In this document: piece after piece, positions 37,366 through 47,603 of the stretch
How the letters are laid out: the number at the start of each line of letters is the position of its first letter
Position numbering within the stretch: the first letter of the stretch is position 1
From: Chlamydiota bacterium
Lineage (GTDB): Bacteria; Chlamydiota; Chlamydiia; Chlamydiales; RGXB01
Assembly (NCBI GenBank): GCA_016866475.1
Contig: VGMF01000005.1
Coordinates: 37,340 to 101,339 of the forward strand
Length of the DNA: 64,000 nt
Reading direction: 5' to 3'
The notes under the pieces: model-generated
What the model was told of the DNA's origin: nothing
Database searches by the model: none
The model's input: only the letters and a program-made list of their open reading frames with translations
Position numbers and translations under genes: made by a program

Positions 37366-38595
37366 TTAAAAGTGGTAATTTTTAGGAATATGCGCTCCTC
37401 TTTTCGTGACGATGATACCGTCAACAAGAATAATATAGGGGTCTTCGTATTGGATGAGATGTTTTTCATTAACAAGCTTCACCCCTTCATCAAGGATAGT
37501 CTCTGCATCAATAAGGGCATTTTTCAATACGCAGTTGTCATGTATTTTTGTCGTGAAGGTATCAAATTTTGTTGTGTTGTAGGGCTGATGTCCAACTATT
37601 AGCGAACGTTCGATTTTACAATTTTTACCAATCCAGGATTTTGGACCGCACAGGGAAGATTTGACGGAGGTTCCCCCCCCAATTTTGGTCCCTTGGCACA
37701 CCATCGATTCTTCAATATGGGCTGAATAAAATTGTGCAGGAGCTGTAAAATGCGGCGGTACAAGGATGGGGTGGTTTGGGTCGTCAAATCTTAGCCCCGA
37801 TTTGCCGGTAGCAAGTAGAAGGCAGGCTTCGAAGTAGGATTTTACAGTTCCGATATCTTCCCAATAGTGTTCGTAGATGTATCCGCCCACATCCCCTTTT
37901 TTGATCAAATTTGGGATGAGGTCTTTTCCAAAATCGTCCCCTTTAGTTGTCGTCAAAAGTTTGATGAGGGCATCTGTTTTGAACAGATATAGACCCATCG
38001 AGGCTAAAAAGGGTCGGCCACCAGAGAATGAAGCAAGAGAGTCTAGGGTTTTGGGATCTTGCGGCTTCTCATGAAAATCTGTGATGATATGAGAATGATT
38101 GACCTTCAAAATTCCAAGGCGGGGGGCATCCTCTCTCGTCACCGGATGGCAGCAGATATTTAGATCTGCATCGAGCTTTTCACTCAATTCGACAACTTTA
38201 AAGAGGTCCATATTGAAAAGCTGATCTCCTGATAGGATCATCGTATATTTCGTTTTAGATCGTACTAAATGGGAGAGATTTTTCCGGATGGCATCTGCAG
38301 TCCCATTATAAAAAAGGAGTTTGCCGTCAGAATCTTCTTGAGGGCTTAAAAGGCTGAGATTGTAATTTGCGTTAGGATCGATCGGATAGTGGGCATAGAT
38401 GTAGTTTTCAATTGTGTCTGCAAGATACTGGGTGATGATTAGGATCTCTTTGGGCCTGGACTTTATCGCATGAGATAAAGAGATGTCGATAATCCGCATA
38501 TCTGCAAAAGAGACGGCCGGTTTAGCGACATGTTGAGTCAGAGGTTTGAGTCTCTCTCCTTTACCGCCTGCGAGAATAATAAGGGTGAGGTCCAT
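37366..38595 (-). CDS. glgC: glucose-1-phosphate adenylyltransferase
   Basis: ILAGGKGERLKPLTQHVAKPAV..FADMRIIDISLSHAI N-terminal signature. Left-handed beta-helix C-terminal domain. Confidence 0.9.
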   Translation of the reverse strand: MDLTLIILAGGKGERLKPLTQHVAKPAVSFADMRIIDISLSHAIKSRPKEILIITQYLADTIENYIYAHYPIDPNANYNLSLLSPQEDSDGKLLFYNGTADAIRKNLSHLVRSKTKYTMILSGDQLFNMDLFKVVELSEKLDADLNICCHPVTREDAPRLGILKVNHSHIITDFHEKPQDPKTLDSLASFSGGRPFLASMGLYLFKTDALIKLLTTTKGDDFGKDLIPNLIKKGDVGGYIYEHYWEDIGTVKSYFEACLLLATGKSGLRFDDPNHPILVPPHFTAPAQFYSAHIEESMVCQGTKIGGGTSVKSSLCGPKSWIGKNCKIERSLIVGHQPYNTTKFDTFTTKIHDNCVLKNALIDAETILDEGVKLVNEKHLIQYEDPYIILVDGIIVTKRGAHIPKNYHF

Positions 38596-38658
38596 TGCCT
38601 CAATGTATGGAACGGAACAAATTTGTCAACAAGGAACTACAAAAATTGTTGCAAATTT

Positions 38659-39537
38659 TTAGGATTGAACCATCAAAAAGCTCTCTATTTCTTTACGGTG
38701 GGTAGAAGAAAAATGGGTCTCTTCCAAAAGCTGCCTAATCAAGGAGGGGCGCTCCGCGTCCGGCAGCGCGTCTAAAAGAGCGATGAGATAGAGGATCAAA
38801 CTGGGATGTTTACAGACCTCTTTATCGCAAAGCAGGTCGATAGCCGCAAAGCCTACATCCGCAGATTTAAGAAAATGTAGAGCTTTGGCAGCGTACGAGG
38901 ATCTTAAGGAAAAGGGGCGCTCTTCAAGAATTTTTAAAAGAAACTGTTGTGCATCTTCTCCAAAGGAGACGAGAGCTTCCAAAAGGGGATCTTCTGCCAG
39001 ACTGTTTTGTTCAAGCAAGGCATTGAAGAGTGGTGAGATCGCCTCTTTGTCTTGGATTCCCTGAAGGGCATCGGCAATACGGGGGATGCATCTTCCGTAT
39101 CCTGGGTATAAAGGGTCGTAAAGGTTGGTATTTTTCAATACCTTCAAAAGCTCAAGGAGCGCTTTGGAACCTTCCATGACAAGGTCATCTATTAATAAAA
39201 AAGGATTTTCTCCGACATAGAATATCAGTTCATTTACTTTTGCAGCTATGGAGTCGGGGTGGTCGTGGATCTTTTGTTCCATTTTTTTGGAAAACTTTTT
39301 CGCTTCGGCCACTGCCTCTTTGGCTTTTTGGGGAAGGGTATCAAGCAGATTTTGAGGGGAGCGTTCCATAAATGAAAAGATCTCTTCTAAACGCTCATTT
39401 GGAAAAGAGTGCAGAGGGTGGGCAGGATTAGCATCCAACGTTTCCTTCATTTTAAAAAAATCGCCGTCAAAATGGGCATATCCCATCATGATGATCTCAA
39501 GATCAGTCGCTAAAGTGAAAGGTTGTCTGTTTTGCAT
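38659..39537 (-). CDS. hypothetical HEAT/armadillo-like repeat protein
   Basis: 292 aa, helical repeat character (ALLELLKVLKN..., ALLDALPDAERPSLIRQLLEE). No catalytic motif. Confidence 0.45.
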   Translation of the reverse strand: MQNRQPFTLATDLEIIMMGYAHFDGDFFKMKETLDANPAHPLHSFPNERLEEIFSFMERSPQNLLDTLPQKAKEAVAEAKKFSKKMEQKIHDHPDSIAAKVNELIFYVGENPFLLIDDLVMEGSKALLELLKVLKNTNLYDPLYPGYGRCIPRIADALQGIQDKEAISPLFNALLEQNSLAEDPLLEALVSFGEDAQQFLLKILEERPFSLRSSYAAKALHFLKSADVGFAAIDLLCDKEVCKHPSLILYLIALLDALPDAERPSLIRQLLEETHFSSTHRKEIESFLMVQS

Positions 39538-40414
39538 GTTCTAAAAACTCTTTTGCGTTATAACTTGACCGGACAAAGGGGCCGCTATACACCTCTGGAA
39601 TTCCTATTTCTAAACCTTTTTTACGGATAAGGTCAAATTCTTCTTTTAAATAGAACCTTTTTACCCGAAGTTTTGTGAGCCCTGCTTGTAAATATTGTCC
39701 GACAGTCACCATAGTGCAATCGACAGATTTGAGATCTTCAAGTGTTTCAAAGATCTCTTCAAGGGTCTCGCCCAGTCCAACCATAAGACCAGACTTTGTC
39801 ACCAATCCGGCCTCATGTGCTTTTTTTAAAATAGATAAGGTACGCTCATAAGTCGCTTTGTGGCGAACTTTTGGAGTCAGGCGCTTTGTAGTCTCGATAT
39901 TATAGTTAAAAACGTCAGGTTTGATAGAGAAAATAGATTCTAGGGCGTCTTTGTTTCCAAAAAAATCGGAGGTAAGCAGCTCGATCGATGTTTGAGGGTT
40001 GAGGGATCGAATTTGTGCGACTATTTTTCCCATTTGCTCTGCACCTCCATCCTCAAGGTCATCACGTGCAACTTGGGTGATCACGACATGCTTGAGTCCA
40101 AGTTCTTGGACGGAGGCCGCTATTTTAAACGGCTCCTCAGGGTCGAGAGGTTTTGGATTTTTAGAAAAATCGATATCGCAGAAGCCGCAATTTCGGGTGC
40201 ACTCTTTTCCTAAAGCTAGGAAGGTTGCCGTTTTTTGAGAGTAGCAAAAGTGCCGATTGGGGCATTTAGCCTCCTCACAAACCGTATTCAATCCATATTT
40301 TTGAACGATTGCGTCGGTTGTAAATCTAGAATCGGAGATTTTCAAACGTAATCTGTAATCGTTAGGAATCTTCCTTTTGAAAACCGGTTCTGCATCGAAG
40401 GGATATTGTTCCAT
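39503..40414 (-). CDS. lipA: lipoyl synthase
   Basis: Auxiliary cluster CEEAKCPNRHFC and radical-SAM cluster CTRNCGFC. Start overlaps the lpdA stop (TAATG). Confidence 0.9.
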   Translation of the reverse strand: MEQYPFDAEPVFKRKIPNDYRLRLKISDSRFTTDAIVQKYGLNTVCEEAKCPNRHFCYSQKTATFLALGKECTRNCGFCDIDFSKNPKPLDPEEPFKIAASVQELGLKHVVITQVARDDLEDGGAEQMGKIVAQIRSLNPQTSIELLTSDFFGNKDALESIFSIKPDVFNYNIETTKRLTPKVRHKATYERTLSILKKAHEAGLVTKSGLMVGLGETLEEIFETLEDLKSVDCTMVTVGQYLQAGLTKLRVKRFYLKEEFDLIRKKGLEIGIPEVYSGPFVRSSYNAKEFLEHAKQTTFHFSD

Positions 40415-41913
40415 TAAACTAAGGTAGCCTTTCTTTTTTTCTTTTGAGGGAAATGGACTTGCTTGTCTAAGACCATCTCAAATGGTTTTACAGTCGCTTC
40501 TTCATAGGTAGGATGGGCAAATACAGTGGTATCAAATCTTTTTTTCTTTTGAGGAAAATGGACTTGTTTGTCTAAGACCATCTCAAATGGTTCTACAATC
40601 GCCTCTGCATAGGTAGGATGGGCAAATATAGTGGTATCAAATGTTTCAAGTGTCAGCTCTTGCGTCAAATAGATTGTAGCCAGTGCAATCATTGTTGTTG
40701 CCTGCTCTCCAACAATTTCGACCCCAAGGATGCGTTTCGTTCGTTCATCGTAATAGACGGTGATGGTACCGATAGTTTTGGCACTTGCAACCGCTTTACC
40801 GTTCGCACTGTAGGGAAAGACCTGCTTAGCCCCTTCAAGACTACCCACAACCGCTATTTCCGGTTTTGTGAAAATCACTTGGGGGACAAGTTGGGGATCG
40901 AAGGTGCGACGGACAGTGCGCATCGCGTCTACAGCCACCTTCCCCTGATAGGAGGCGGCATGGGCAAGCATGAAAACACCGTTGACATCGCCTATCGCAT
41001 AAATATTTGGAATATTGGTGCGCATCTGCGTATCGACCTCAATAAACCCCCTGGAGTTAGAAAATACACCTGCTTTATCGAGCTTTAAGCCCTCAGTGAA
41101 AGGTCTTCTTCCAATAGCTACCAGAACTTTTTCGGCTTGTACGGTTTCATTCGAATCAAGTTGTAAGGATACGGTCCCATTTTTGATTGCATATCCGACA
41201 ACCTTTTTTGACAATTCTAACCGGATCCCTTGAGATGTGAGGCTTTGTGCAAGCTGCTCGGAAGGGGACTGGCCAACCGGTTTTATAATACGGTCCAAGG
41301 CCTCAATAATGGTCACCTCAACACCTAAACCCCGCATCATACAAGCAATCTCACATCCAATATAACCGCCACCGATCACTGCAAGCGATTTCGGAAGCTC
41401 CTTGAGATCAAGAATGGATGTTGAACTGAGGATATGTTTGTGGTCAAACGGTACCCCCGAAAATTCGGTGACCTCGGAGCCGGTGGCTATGATGATGTAG
41501 GTAGCATCGATCATTTCCGTTCCATTATTTGACTGCACCTTGATCCGCGTTTGGGACTCAAAAGATCCCATACCGTCAATCAAATCCACTTCATGACTCA
41601 AAATGGTAGTTTTTAAGCCCGACTGCATGGTTTGTATGACCTGATCTTTTCTTGCGCTCATCTGATCAAAATGGACCTTGACAGAACCTTGGACTTCGAT
41701 CCCATGTTTTTGGGCCTCTTGAGTCACGGTCCTACACACCTCGGCACTCGAGATGAGAGCCTTGCTAGGGATGCAGCCACGGTTTAAGCAAGTCCCCCCT
41801 AGATCTTTCTCTTTAGAAATAAGGGCAGTTTTGAATCCCTGGTGGGCAGCATAAATCGCAGCCACATACCCCCCCGGGCCGGCTCCAATCACAACAACAT
41901 CGTAGGTTCGCAT
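40414..41913 (-). CDS. lpdA: dihydrolipoyl dehydrogenase (E3) with duplicated C-terminal segment
   Basis: FAD motif VIGAGPGGY. Redox-active disulfide GGTCLNRGCIPSK. NAD motif VIGGGYIGCE. C-terminal catalytic-His segment FAHPTYAEA present twice in frame. Confidence 0.9.
   Translation of the reverse strand: MRTYDVVVIGAGPGGYVAAIYAAHQGFKTALISKEKDLGGTCLNRGCIPSKALISSAEVCRTVTQEAQKHGIEVQGSVKVHFDQMSARKDQVIQTMQSGLKTTILSHEVDLIDGMGSFESQTRIKVQSNNGTEMIDATYIIIATGSEVTEFSGVPFDHKHILSSTSILDLKELPKSLAVIGGGYIGCEIACMMRGLGVEVTIIEALDRIIKPVGQSPSEQLAQSLTSQGIRLELSKKVVGYAIKNGTVSLQLDSNETVQAEKVLVAIGRRPFTEGLKLDKAGVFSNSRGFIEVDTQMRTNIPNIYAIGDVNGVFMLAHAASYQGKVAVDAMRTVRRTFDPQLVPQVIFTKPEIAVVGSLEGAKQVFPYSANGKAVASAKTIGTITVYYDERTKRILGVEIVGEQATTMIALATIYLTQELTLETFDTTIFAHPTYAEAIVEPFEMVLDKQVHFPQKKKRFDTTVFAHPTYEEATVKPFEMVLDKQVHFPQKKKRKATLV
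40430..40645. repeat. two tandem copies of an approx 105-bp unit inside the 3-prime end of lpdA
   Basis: Units tttttttcttttgagg(g/a)aaatggacttg(c/t)ttgtctaagaccatctcaaatggtt..ataggtaggatgggcaaata.agtggtatcaaat are about 93% identical. They encode the repeated 35-aa peptide TT(I/V)FAHPTY(A/E)EA(I/T)V(E/K)PFEMVLDKQVHFPQKKKR. Confidence 0.75.
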
Positions 41914-42127
41914 CGGGACTACTCATTTAAATTTGATATATTTTTCTAAGTATAGAGGAATTCTTCATCCTAAATCAATCACTGCTAAACAATGACGAAA
42001 AAAACTATAGGATCGGTTTGAAAATTTTAGAGGACCCTTTTTTTACTTTTCAGTCGTGTGCATAAAGGGTGTCAAAAAATTTAGATACTATCGGCCGGAT
42101 CTATTTTATTAAAAATTTGTTCAAAGG

Positions 42128-42529
42128 TTGAAACAAATGCAACCCTACTGGTATGGGGCAAAGAATATGTCGAATCAGTGCTCAAGATTATGCCCTTTTT
42201 GCGAGGGATTCATCCATTTTTACTCGGAAGAGTGCCCCTACTGCGGATCTTTTATTGAAACGGGGGTCGAAAAAGAGCGTTTCATCCCCTTTTATCAGCC
42301 AAAAATAGAAGAACCGTTTGTCCAGCTTCTTCCCCAAAAAAGGGAGACAAAAGCCCCCTATTTCATCCTTTTGGGGGGTGCTATAGCACCTTTAGCCCTT
42401 TTTTTATGGATTATTGGGCAAAGACAGGAGGTCCAGATCACCATCGAGACCTTTTGGATGCCATGGATTTTACTTTTTAGCTTAAGTCTTCTCCTTTTTG
42501 GTTTTTTACTTGAAGAAAGACCGGACTAG
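42128..42529 (+). CDS. zinc-ribbon membrane protein (hypothetical)
   Basis: Cys pairs CPFC...CPYC. Two C-terminal TM helices. Confidence 0.45.
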   Translation: MKQMQPYWYGAKNMSNQCSRLCPFCEGFIHFYSEECPYCGSFIETGVEKERFIPFYQPKIEEPFVQLLPQKRETKAPYFILLGGAIAPLALFLWIIGQRQEVQITIETFWMPWILLFSLSLLLFGFLLEERPD

Positions 42530-43058
42530 ATCCTTTTTCAAATGCTCTTCATCCCAAAATATGATTTTAAGAAATTGGGGTGGCAAACATTGAAGAAAAC
42601 GCTAAAATTGCCGGCATTGATTTTAGATCGGATTTCTCTTCAATCGATCTTGAGTCTATAATCATTACAAGGATACTTCAATCTTTCAAAAATAGCGAGA
42701 TGACCTTAATTGCAAGTTTAAATAACCAGTTGTAAGATGACAAATAGGAGCGGTTTATTAGAAAAGGTCGCACATAAAGTACAAACCGTGTTCTATCTAT
42801 CCGAAATCATGGTAGATGAGGCTGTACAAAAGAGGCTGATGATTAAAAAAAGAGCCAAATCGAGGGGCTTGAGCTGGTATTTGAAAACCAAGCGTCGAAT
42901 AATAAAGTGACAGAATCTAAAAACAGACCTATACAGCATTTTTTATTGAGGAGCCGTTTCGTTGTATTGAGTCGGCCCCGTTTATATGGACATCCATAGA
43001 TTTGTTACTCCCATGCGCTCTCTTGGTTTTTTTTTAGTGCTCAAACCAAGAGAAATTT

Positions 43059-46037
43059 TTAGGAGTGAGCTGTTTCTAGTGCCACCCCTTTTGTAGACGG
43101 ATTTTGTGAATCGGGGAGTGCCTGCGATTTTGCATCGTCTAGCTCCAGGTTTTGTAAGGAGATAAAGGTGGGCATCTGCCGGATGGACATGGTCTTTAAT
43201 GTCTCCAGAAGTTTTTCCGAATTCGGAAGCATCATCTGCAAAGAAAAAAGGGCGTGAGTAATCTCTTGGTACAATTCTTCACGAAAACGGAGGAAGAGGC
43301 GGAATGCTTCATGTTTGAATTCAAGCAGAGGATCTTTTTGGGCAATAGTGAGAAGGCTCACCTCGGTGCGGAGATGGTCGATCGAGAGAAGGTGCTGCTG
43401 CCAAAGGTGATCGATATTACGGATGAAAACATTTCGTAAAACTCCCTCAAGGACAGAATTCGGTTCAGTGTGCTTTCCTGCAGCGGTCTGGATCATTGCG
43501 ATCATTTTTGCCTCATGATCCAATTTTTTGACGTACATTTCGAGCGCTTTTTGTACAAAAAGCCGTTCAAGCTCATCTACAGATTGATAGCGATTTTGTA
43601 TCTCTTCTTCTGTAAACCGGATAGGCATGTGTGCGAATACCAGTTCTTGAAAGCGGCGCATCCCCTCCACGTCTATACGCGGGCTGTTTTGGAACGCTTT
43701 TTCTATCAAAATGGAGCAAACACCTTCAAGCACCCTTTTTCCTAGTGAGAACGGATTTGGATTTTTCAGGATGTCATTACGGAAAGCGTATACTTCATGA
43801 CGCTGCAGGTTCATCACATCGTCATATTCAAGCGTATGTTTGCGAATAGCGTAATTTCTTTGTTCCACCCTCTTTTGAGCCGTCTCAATCGAGCGGTTGA
43901 TCAATCCCCCTGTAATCGCTTCCCCTTCAGGAGGACGGAAACGGACCAGAAATTGACTCAATTTCGGAGAGGTGAAGAGCCGCATCAAAGGATCTTCGAA
44001 AGAAACATAAAATTTGGAGCTCCCTTTATCCCCCTGGCGTCCGGAGCGGCCACGCAGCTGCCGGTCGATACGTCTGGATTGATGACGCGTGGTGCCGACA
44101 ACGTGCAAACCTCCAAGCTTTTCTACCTCTTTGGTAAGCTTGATGTCGGTACCGCGGCCGGCCATGTTTGTGGAGACTGTGATAGCACCCTGCTGACCGG
44201 CCATAGCGATGATCTCGGCCTCTTTTTCGGGTTGTTTAGCGTTTAAAACGTGATGGGGTAATCCTGCCTGCTGTAAAATACGGGAAAATTTTTCGGACGC
44301 CTCGACGGTCTCGGTTCCGACGAGAACAGGTCTTCCGATCAGATGCTTTTCCTGGATATCTTTGAGGATTGCCTGGAATTTTTCCCTTTCTGTCATGTAA
44401 ATCTCGTCATCCACATCCGCTCTTTGGTTGGGGCGGTTTGTCGGGATTTGCAAAACCTCAAGATTGTAAATCTGTTTTAATTCGGTCGCTTCTGTCATCG
44501 CAGTACCGGTCATACCCGCCAGGCGTTCGTACATCCTAAAGTAGTTTTGGAGCGTGATCGTCGCGTACGTCTGTGTTTCCCTTTGAATTGGGAGGTTCTC
44601 CTTAGCTTCAATCGCCTGGTGCAGCCCGTCGGAAAAACGGCGCCCCGGTTGTGGCCGGCCGGTATTTTCATCGATAATGATGATTTTTTTGTCCTGGATG
44701 ATGTAGTCGACATCTTTTTCCATCGTAAGATGGGCTCTAAATAGCTGGCGCAAGTTGTGGGCACGCTCTTTTTTCAACGAATCCTCTTCGCGCACCTTGA
44801 CCCGCTCCTTCATCTTCTCCTCTTCAGAAAGGGGCATCTCGTCGATGTTTTGAAAAACTTCGGTGAGGTCGATCAGGGTAAAATCTTCACTTCCCCCTTT
44901 CCATGCATGGATCCCTTTATCCGTCAGCTCAAAGTCATTTGAGCGCTCGTCTATGATCAGGTACAAGTCGGTCAAAAGCTCGATCTTCTCTTCCTTGTTC
45001 ACTTCGGCATGCAGGTAGGTTTCAAGGTTCTCCAAATCGGCCCGTATATCGGGAAATTCCTTAGCTTGGCAAAGAATTTTATTTGTAGGGACCCCTTTGG
45101 AAACCTTCCAAAGGAGGCGGATCGCCTCATTTTTGAGTTTTGTTTGCTCTTTGGTAAGCTTGGGCAACTCCTCAAGGTCTTTGAAAATACCCAAAGTGTT
45201 CAAAAGCGTTTTAGCCTCTAGTGCAAGGGATTGGCAATGGCTTTTTTGCAAAGCAACCAGGTCGTGTACATGCTCTTTGAGGGAATCGTACATCTGCCGC
45301 GATTCGCCCGCAGGACCGGAGATGATCAGAGGAGTCCTAGCTTCATCGATTAGAATCGAATCCACTTCGTCGATGATTGCAAAATAGTGCTTTTTCTGAC
45401 ATTGCTCCTCGGCATCCTGCGCCATAGAATTATCTCTAAGATAATCAAAGCCGAATTCCGAAGCGGTTCCATAGATGATGTCAGATTTATAGACGCTCTG
45501 TTTTTCCATCGGAGAGGTTTCATTTGTCAAAGCGTGTACTTCAAGTCCAAGCCAGCGGAAGATAACACCGATCCATTCGCAGTCTCTTTTTGCAAGGTAA
45601 TCATTGACAGTGACGACATGCACACCCTTTCCGGTGAGTCCATGCAGATAGGCCGGCATCGAAGCTGTGAGGGTTTTTCCCTCTCCTGTTTGCATTTCAC
45701 AAATTGTTTGGTGGTGCATTGCAATAGCGCCCACAATTTGCACATCGTAGGGGATCATGTCCCACTTTTGATTATAACCGGATACATGCACATCCGTACC
45801 CACAAGGCGTCTGCACACATTCTTTACGACAGCGTAAGTTTCAACCATAAGGTCGTCGGTCGTTTCGCCATTCTGTAAACGATTGCGGAATTCGGCCGTT
45901 TTTGCTCGGATCGCATCATCAGAAAGGGGCTGGAGTTTTTCTTCTTCTTTGTTGATCTTTTGCACAATTTTGAAGTACTTGTGGACCGTACGGGTCTGCT
46001 GGGTGCCAAATAACCGTTTTAAAAGGTCGAAAACCAT
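43059..46037 (-). CDS. secA: preprotein translocase ATPase SecA
   Basis: Walker A QTGEGKTL. DEAD-like DEVDSILIDEARTPLIISG. Scaffold and wing domains. The start is trimmed to MVFDLLKRLFG, which aligns with the canonical SecA N-terminus; the track ORF begins 18 codons upstream. Confidence 0.93.
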   Translation of the reverse strand: MVFDLLKRLFGTQQTRTVHKYFKIVQKINKEEEKLQPLSDDAIRAKTAEFRNRLQNGETTDDLMVETYAVVKNVCRRLVGTDVHVSGYNQKWDMIPYDVQIVGAIAMHHQTICEMQTGEGKTLTASMPAYLHGLTGKGVHVVTVNDYLAKRDCEWIGVIFRWLGLEVHALTNETSPMEKQSVYKSDIIYGTASEFGFDYLRDNSMAQDAEEQCQKKHYFAIIDEVDSILIDEARTPLIISGPAGESRQMYDSLKEHVHDLVALQKSHCQSLALEAKTLLNTLGIFKDLEELPKLTKEQTKLKNEAIRLLWKVSKGVPTNKILCQAKEFPDIRADLENLETYLHAEVNKEEKIELLTDLYLIIDERSNDFELTDKGIHAWKGGSEDFTLIDLTEVFQNIDEMPLSEEEKMKERVKVREEDSLKKERAHNLRQLFRAHLTMEKDVDYIIQDKKIIIIDENTGRPQPGRRFSDGLHQAIEAKENLPIQRETQTYATITLQNYFRMYERLAGMTGTAMTEATELKQIYNLEVLQIPTNRPNQRADVDDEIYMTEREKFQAILKDIQEKHLIGRPVLVGTETVEASEKFSRILQQAGLPHHVLNAKQPEKEAEIIAMAGQQGAITVSTNMAGRGTDIKLTKEVEKLGGLHVVGTTRHQSRRIDRQLRGRSGRQGDKGSSKFYVSFEDPLMRLFTSPKLSQFLVRFRPPEGEAITGGLINRSIETAQKRVEQRNYAIRKHTLEYDDVMNLQRHEVYAFRNDILKNPNPFSLGKRVLEGVCSILIEKAFQNSPRIDVEGMRRFQELVFAHMPIRFTEEEIQNRYQSVDELERLFVQKALEMYVKKLDHEAKMIAMIQTAAGKHTEPNSVLEGVLRNVFIRNIDHLWQQHLLSIDHLRTEVSLLTIAQKDPLLEFKHEAFRLFLRFREELYQEITHALFSLQMMLPNSEKLLETLKTMSIRQMPTFISLQNLELDDAKSQALPDSQNPSTKGVALETAHS

Positions 46038-46096
46038 GAAAATACCTAATCCTTGATCCTTGAGCATAAACAAATTTGAAGATATAATCAATTTTT

Positions 46097-46951
46097 ATGA
46101 CAACGATCCATTTACTCAAAAGAGACACGCGACAAGAAGTTGAAGAAGATCCCCCTGCAAAAGGGATCTTGATATGGCTTTACAAGGATAATTTAATAAG
46201 CAAGGTTGCAAGGTTTTTACTGGCAAACGTCCCTATCCTAGGGTGGGTGTATGCAAGTTTTCAAAAATCGCCTCTAAGCAAAAAAACGATTCACCCATTT
46301 ATACAAAAATATGGGGTGGCCGTGGAGGAGTTTTTACACCCTCCGGAAAGCTTTAAAAATTTTTCTGAGTTTTTTGAAAGAGCATTAAAACCTGAGGTGA
46401 GACCGATTCAAAATGGGGAAAATATCCTAGTGAGTCCGGCGGATGGGAGGGTCAAAGAGGTGAATCGAGACCATTTTGAGGTGAAGGGTAGGCAATTTTC
46501 GATAGAAAAACTTATCAAGGATCCGCTTTTGGTCGAGAAATTTAAAGAGGGAAAAATCCTCACGATCCGATTAGCTCCCCAGGACTACCACCGCCTGCAT
46601 GCCCCGTTGGCTGGAAAAGTGTTATCGGTGCGTAAACTCAACGGGCCCCTATTTTCCGTTTCCCCTCTAGCGATCAGAAAAAATATGGCTATCTTGCATG
46701 AGAACAAAAGGGTACTGGTCGAATTCGAAAATTTTGCGATGGTGCTTGTCGGTGCCACTTTTGTCGGTACGATCCATCTGGATGTAGCTGAGGGAGATTT
46801 TGTCGAAAAGGGGCAGCAGATTGCCAAATTCTCTTTTGGGGGTTCCATGTGTGTTCTTTTGCTGAAGAAAAATTTTAAGTTGGATGAGGACCTCTATTAT
46901 CCCAAAGGTGAGGTGCTTGTGAAAATGGGGCAGTCGCTAGCGCAATCTTAG
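46097..46951 (+). CDS. psd: phosphatidylserine decarboxylase proenzyme
   Basis: DYHRLHAP motif. FSFGGS self-cleavage site (G-S pyruvoyl-forming) near the C-terminus. Confidence 0.85.
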   Translation: MTTIHLLKRDTRQEVEEDPPAKGILIWLYKDNLISKVARFLLANVPILGWVYASFQKSPLSKKTIHPFIQKYGVAVEEFLHPPESFKNFSEFFERALKPEVRPIQNGENILVSPADGRVKEVNRDHFEVKGRQFSIEKLIKDPLLVEKFKEGKILTIRLAPQDYHRLHAPLAGKVLSVRKLNGPLFSVSPLAIRKNMAILHENKRVLVEFENFAMVLVGATFVGTIHLDVAEGDFVEKGQQIAKFSFGGSMCVLLLKKNFKLDEDLYYPKGEVLVKMGQSLAQS

Positions 46952-46976
46952 GGGGACTTAGGATCGGAATCCTTTT

Positions 46977-47597
46977 TCATTTGGAAACTAGGGCGCAAAA
47001 AGGGCATGATTGCAAAGAATGGGGGGAAGCTTTGCAAAATTCCCTACCGGCAAAAATAATCTGTAAATGGACCTTAGACCAGCTTTTTTTTGGGAAACAT
47101 TTCTTTAGGTCTTCTTCTACTTTTAACGGCCGTTTCGATTTTGATAGCCCCCAGCGGCTTGCAAGGCGCAAGATGTGGGTGTCAACGGGAAAAGCGTCTT
47201 GGTGAAACGCTTGTGCTAAAACGCAAAGAGCGGTTTTTCTGCCAACTCCGGGCAAGCTCATGAGCTCTTCCAAAGTAGGGGGGACCTTGCTACCAAAAAG
47301 ATCGATCAGCATCGAGGAGAGGGACACGATGTTTTTAGCTTTTTGGGGCGCCAATCCGATTGGGCGGATAATTTTTTGCACTTCTAAAACGCCTAAAGAG
47401 ACCATTTTCTCAGGAGTGTCAGCTTCTTCAAAAAGGAGAGGGGTGATCTCGTTGACCTTTTTATCGGTGCTTTGTTGGGATAAAAGGACTGCAACAAGGA
47501 GAGTGAACGGGCACTTGTGTTTTAACGGGACATCCACCTTTGGGTAGGTGGCATCCAAAAGTTGTAAAAGCGCCTTAGCTTTGTCGATTCTTCGCAT
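46977..47597 (-). CDS. nth: endonuclease III (HhH-GPD DNA glycosylase)
   Basis: HhH LPGVGRKTA. Catalytic D in VDTHILR. C-terminal four-Cys FeS cluster. Confidence 0.85.
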   Translation of the reverse strand: MRRIDKAKALLQLLDATYPKVDVPLKHKCPFTLLVAVLLSQQSTDKKVNEITPLLFEEADTPEKMVSLGVLEVQKIIRPIGLAPQKAKNIVSLSSMLIDLFGSKVPPTLEELMSLPGVGRKTALCVLAQAFHQDAFPVDTHILRLASRWGLSKSKRPLKVEEDLKKCFPKKSWSKVHLQIIFAGREFCKASPHSLQSCPFCALVSK

Positions 47598-47603
47598 AAA
47601 AAG

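Noticed and set aside
37168-37602. 144-aa plus-strand ORF overlapping the glgC 3-prime end
   Set aside because: Mostly antisense to glgC; the upstream part lies in the AT-rich gap; no support.
43254-45878. Multiple antisense ORFs (61-163 aa) within secA
   Set aside because: secA is unambiguous; these are shadow ORFs on the opposite strand.
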